Source of the DNA: an uncultured Planctomycetales bacterium
Lineage (GTDB): Bacteria; Omnitrophota; Gorgyraeia; Zapsychrales; JANLHA01
Direction: 5' to 3'
DNA: 64,000 bases
Assembly: GCA_964595465.1 (NCBI GenBank)
Contig: CAZQQI010000001.1
Span: 4,952-68,951 of the forward strand
Shown here: one piece after another, positions 61,108 through 64,000 of the stretch
Layout: every line of letters starts with the position of its first letter
Position numbering within the stretch: the first letter of the stretch is position 1
Position numbers and translations under genes: made by a program
The notes under the pieces: generated by a model
The model's input: the letters and a program-made list of their open reading frames with translations, nothing else
Told to the model about the DNA's origin: nothing
Database searches by the model: none

Positions 61108-62661
61108 TTATTCTTCGTCCAATCGCGTGCTGACACCGATCTTCATCTGATCAACATCCACCTTGATCACCTTGACCTGAATCTTGTCTCCCGGCTTCAG
61201 CGCAGCGGCCTGATCTTTGTCGATCTCGGAAGAATAGACCAGAGCTTCGATCTCTTCATCAAGCTTAACAAAAACTCCGAAGTTGGAATTCAGCACGACT
61301 TCAGCATCCACAATCTTGCCGACAGGATATTCTTCGGCGATCTGCTCCCAGGGGTTCTCCGTCAACTGCTTGAGCCCCAAAGTAATCTTGCGGCTTTCAG
61401 CGTCAACTGCCAGAATGACCACTTCGACCTCCTGACCTTTATCCAGAATGTCCTGCGGATGATTGATCTTTTTCGTCCAAGACATATCCGAAACATGGAT
61501 CATGCCTTCCAGTCCGTTCTCGAGCTCGACGAACGCACCGTAATCCGTAAATCCGCGGACAGCGCCCTTAACCCGTGAACCCACCGGAAGCTCCCGCTCG
61601 GAATCAAGCCAGGGATTGCGTTCCAATTGCTTCATGCTGAGAGAAATTCTCTTCTGATCCTTGTCGACATTGATAATCTGCACATCGACTTCATCTCCCA
61701 CGTTGAACATCTCCTGGGGATTGACCATTTTTTTCTGCCAGGAAATCTCAGAAGAGTGCAGAAGCCCTTCAATGCCTTTTTCGATCTCAATAAAAACACC
61801 GTACGGCATGATATTCACGACTTTCCCTTTAACCTGTGAGCCGGCCGGATATTTTTCATAAATATCATCCCAAGGATTGGGCAGGATCTGCTTCAGACCG
61901 AGAGAAACCTTGGAGGCTTCCTGATCGTAAGACAGGATTGCGACTTTAATCGAGTCCCCGATCGAAACGATCTCGGAAGGGTGGTTGATCCGGGACCAGC
62001 TCATATCTGTAATATGAAGCAGTCCGTCGACGCCGCCCAGATCGATAAAAGCACCGAAATCCGTGATGCCTTTAACCGTGCCTTCACGGACCTGGCCTTT
62101 TTCCAGATCTTCCCAGAGCTTCTCCCGTACCGCCGCACGCTCCTTCATATAAATATCACGGCGGGACAGGATGAGATTACGGCGCTGTTTATTGACCTTG
62201 GCCACCTGAAATTGATAAGGGGTCGACATGATCTGCTCAACAGGAAATCCGCGGAAAGCAGAAAGGGACATCGGCAGAAAGCCTTCAACCCCCTCGATAT
62301 CGACCATATATCCGCCTTTGACCTGCTTGAACACGGTGCCTTCGAGAACATCTCCCTCATCCACGTCGGTCATCACCTTCTGCCATCCCTTGACCTTCTC
62401 GGCCTTGGATTTGGAAAGCTGAAGCTTGCCGTCTTCATCCTCGATGGATTCGATCAGGACGTCGATCTCGCGCCCGATCTCTAACTCACTGTCATCGCGG
62501 AATTCATCAAGTACGACAAATCCTTCGGACTTAAATCCGATATCGACGACCGCTTCTTTCGACGTCAAGGCAACGATCTTGCCGGAAACGATCTCCCCCT
62601 CCTTAATGTCTTTCATTGTGCTGGCGTAAAGATCCGCCATTTCTTCTTGCGTGGTACTCAT
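61108..62661 (-). CDS. rpsA: 30S ribosomal protein S1
   Basis: Six S1 repeats. ATG at 62661 with a GGGAG SD; the upstream ATG has no SD. Confidence 0.9.
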   Translation of the reverse strand: MSTTQEEMADLYASTMKDIKEGEIVSGKIVALTSKEAVVDIGFKSEGFVVLDEFRDDSELEIGREIDVLIESIEDEDGKLQLSKSKAEKVKGWQKVMTDVDEGDVLEGTVFKQVKGGYMVDIEGVEGFLPMSLSAFRGFPVEQIMSTPYQFQVAKVNKQRRNLILSRRDIYMKERAAVREKLWEDLEKGQVREGTVKGITDFGAFIDLGGVDGLLHITDMSWSRINHPSEIVSIGDSIKVAILSYDQEASKVSLGLKQILPNPWDDIYEKYPAGSQVKGKVVNIMPYGVFIEIEKGIEGLLHSSEISWQKKMVNPQEMFNVGDEVDVQIINVDKDQKRISLSMKQLERNPWLDSERELPVGSRVKGAVRGFTDYGAFVELENGLEGMIHVSDMSWTKKINHPQDILDKGQEVEVVILAVDAESRKITLGLKQLTENPWEQIAEEYPVGKIVDAEVVLNSNFGVFVKLDEEIEALVYSSEIDKDQAAALKPGDKIQVKVIKVDVDQMKIGVSTRLDEE

Positions 62662-62870
62662 ATTATCTGTATCTCCCTTCCTAAAACGTGATTCTTTGAC
62701 GAAAATATTCGCATATTCCGGCAAAGTGCAGGTATTATCGCAGATTTATTTTTTTTGTCAAATATAATTTATTATAAGGGATGAAAAGAGGCAAAGAGAT
62801 AACGACGCATATCATAAAGATTTAACTTTTCACTAAATCTAACTAACCATATGCAGCAAACAAACCTGTG
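62662..62870 (-). promoter_or_regulatory. AT-rich rpsA upstream region with TTGACA and TAATAC/TATAAT-like hexamers and a leader of about 120 nt
   Basis: Minus-strand reading: ...TATAAT...TTGACAAAAAAAATAAATCTGCGATAATAC...; exact promoter not resolved. Confidence 0.3.
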
Positions 62871-63467
62871 TTATCCGTCCCTGGTCGGCGCCAGCGCGTG
62901 AATATGGTCCATGACCGAATGGGAAATGTCTTCATAAGAGGTTTCAGGAGGAAAGTGAACAGGATGACCGACATAGATGCGGATCGGCACCCGCCGCGGG
63001 AATTTCGCGCCGCGCGGAAGCGCACGGTCAGACCCGCTGATAAAGACCGGAACAACAGGAACTCCGCTCTTGCCGGCCAGAAACCCGACACCGGGAAAGA
63101 CGCGCTTGCTGTTCCCGTTGGCAGAGCGGGTTCCCTGGGGGAAAAAGACCAGAGGACGTCCCGAGCGCAGCCGCCGCACAGATTCTTTTAAAGCGCCGAT
63201 ATCCGGACGCCCCCGCCGCACAGGGAAGGCGTCACAGCCTCTCAGGACCCATCCCAGGATAGAATTTTTGAATAATTCGGCTTTGGCGAAAAAACTCACT
63301 CTGCGGGTCGGGACAATGCCCATCAGCATAGGATCCAGATTGCTGGCATGATTGCAGGCCAGAATGAACCCGCCCTTCTCCGGCATGTTCTGACGCCCAT
63401 AAATACGATGCGGCACAAAAAAGAAAAATACAAATTTCGTCGTATAATAGACCAGCCAGTAAATCAT
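62871..63467 (-). CDS. plsC: 1-acyl-sn-glycerol-3-phosphate acyltransferase
   Basis: NHASNLD (HX4D) and FPQGTRS motifs. Confidence 0.8.
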   Translation of the reverse strand: MIYWLVYYTTKFVFFFFVPHRIYGRQNMPEKGGFILACNHASNLDPMLMGIVPTRRVSFFAKAELFKNSILGWVLRGCDAFPVRRGRPDIGALKESVRRLRSGRPLVFFPQGTRSANGNSKRVFPGVGFLAGKSGVPVVPVFISGSDRALPRGAKFPRRVPIRIYVGHPVHFPPETSYEDISHSVMDHIHALAPTRDG

Positions 63468-63502
63468 ATGTATTCCGTGTTTTTATGCTTCTGCCATGCC
63501 TA

Positions 63503-63958
63503 TTAGTAAAAGGTCAGGTCCCTCCATTCTGACGACCTGCAATCATATTCGGCGATTGGACGAAAAGCCCCAACCGCACATTTTATTATTTTATCACCCT
63601 TTTGCATCAAAATTATTCCGCTCTCATTGTCTTCAAACCCGGCCATAATCTCATAGCCATCCCGGCGCGCGGACCAATCGTACTGGAAATGGCCATTTTG
63701 AGGAAGAAAATCACGGGCCCCATCGGCCAAAACAGGATCTTCGAACCAACACGCGATATAATCTTGCTTCATCAGATAACAGCGTTCAATCTCTCGTCTC
63801 ATAGTTGCAATGCCTGACAAGGCTTCGGCAGAATACGTCATCTTCACCATGTTCATGAGGCGGGGCAATGCCAGACCAGCTAAAATCCCAATAATAATTA
63901 TAACGATCACCAGCTCCAGAATCGTAAAGCCATATCCCAATTCTGATGTATTACGCAT
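63503..63958 (-). CDS. type IV pilin / pseudopilin-like protein (prepilin-type N-terminal methylation domain)
   Basis: G-FTILELVIVIIIIGILAGLA class III signal peptide; start at MRNTSELGYG. Confidence 0.65.
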   Translation of the reverse strand: MRNTSELGYGFTILELVIVIIIIGILAGLALPRLMNMVKMTYSAEALSGIATMRREIERCYLMKQDYIACWFEDPVLADGARDFLPQNGHFQYDWSARRDGYEIMAGFEDNESGIILMQKGDKIIKCAVGAFRPIAEYDCRSSEWRDLTFY

Positions 63959-64000
63959 ACACGCCTCCGGCAAAAACTCATTTCAAAAACTGTGCCCCAA

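Overview
64 kb of a bacterial chromosome, most likely a Gram-negative (diderm) lineage given ADP-heptose genes (gmhA, rfaE2), an LpxL-type acyltransferase and a TonB-like protein. GC is about 50-55%. Apart from two + strand genes near the 5' end, every gene from 2.8 kb to the window end is on the - strand; no IS, integrase or CRISPR was seen.

The right half (29.2-59.8 kb) is one uninterrupted translation/transcription supercluster: tRNA-Thr, rpmG, tRNA-Trp, secE, nusG, rplKAJL, rpoB, rpoC, rpsL, rpsG, fusA, tuf, then the S10, spc and alpha operons (rpsJ through rplQ). It has several oddities: no L30, rpoC overlaps rpsL by 77 nt, S5 has a roughly 100-aa N-terminal and L17 a roughly 55-aa C-terminal K/A/P/E-rich extension, and an aspartate aminotransferase and pilT are appended after rplQ.

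The left half carries, in coordinate order: two PilZ proteins flanking a zinc-ribbon protein; an ExeA/GspB-like pair; aroB; an envelope cluster (S2P protease, SH3b, SPOR); thiE; ADP-heptose genes; pfk; AmaP/Asp23; accBC; efp; aroQ; a glycolipid-type cluster (GT2, LpxL-like, MGDG-synthase-like GT, TonB-like); lipB with a stand-alone lipoyl domain; NAD-IDH; and pilT.

The most unusual element is a translationally coupled six-gene operon directly downstream of tRNA-Gly(CCC). It encodes a LysM-M23 peptidase, an ATPase_2 (Arch-ATPase)-wHTH-DUF234 protein, a YfcE-like metallophosphoesterase, a HinT-like HIT hydrolase, a dGTP triphosphohydrolase and a GAF-HD-GYP phosphodiesterase. This is a candidate nucleotide-depleting or nucleotide-signal-degrading (defence-like) module that I cannot match to a named system. 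I also found a recurring tandem heptad repeat element (consensus YRAATRG, 5-6 copies, followed by a hairpin) placed immediately after the stop codons of two unrelated genes.
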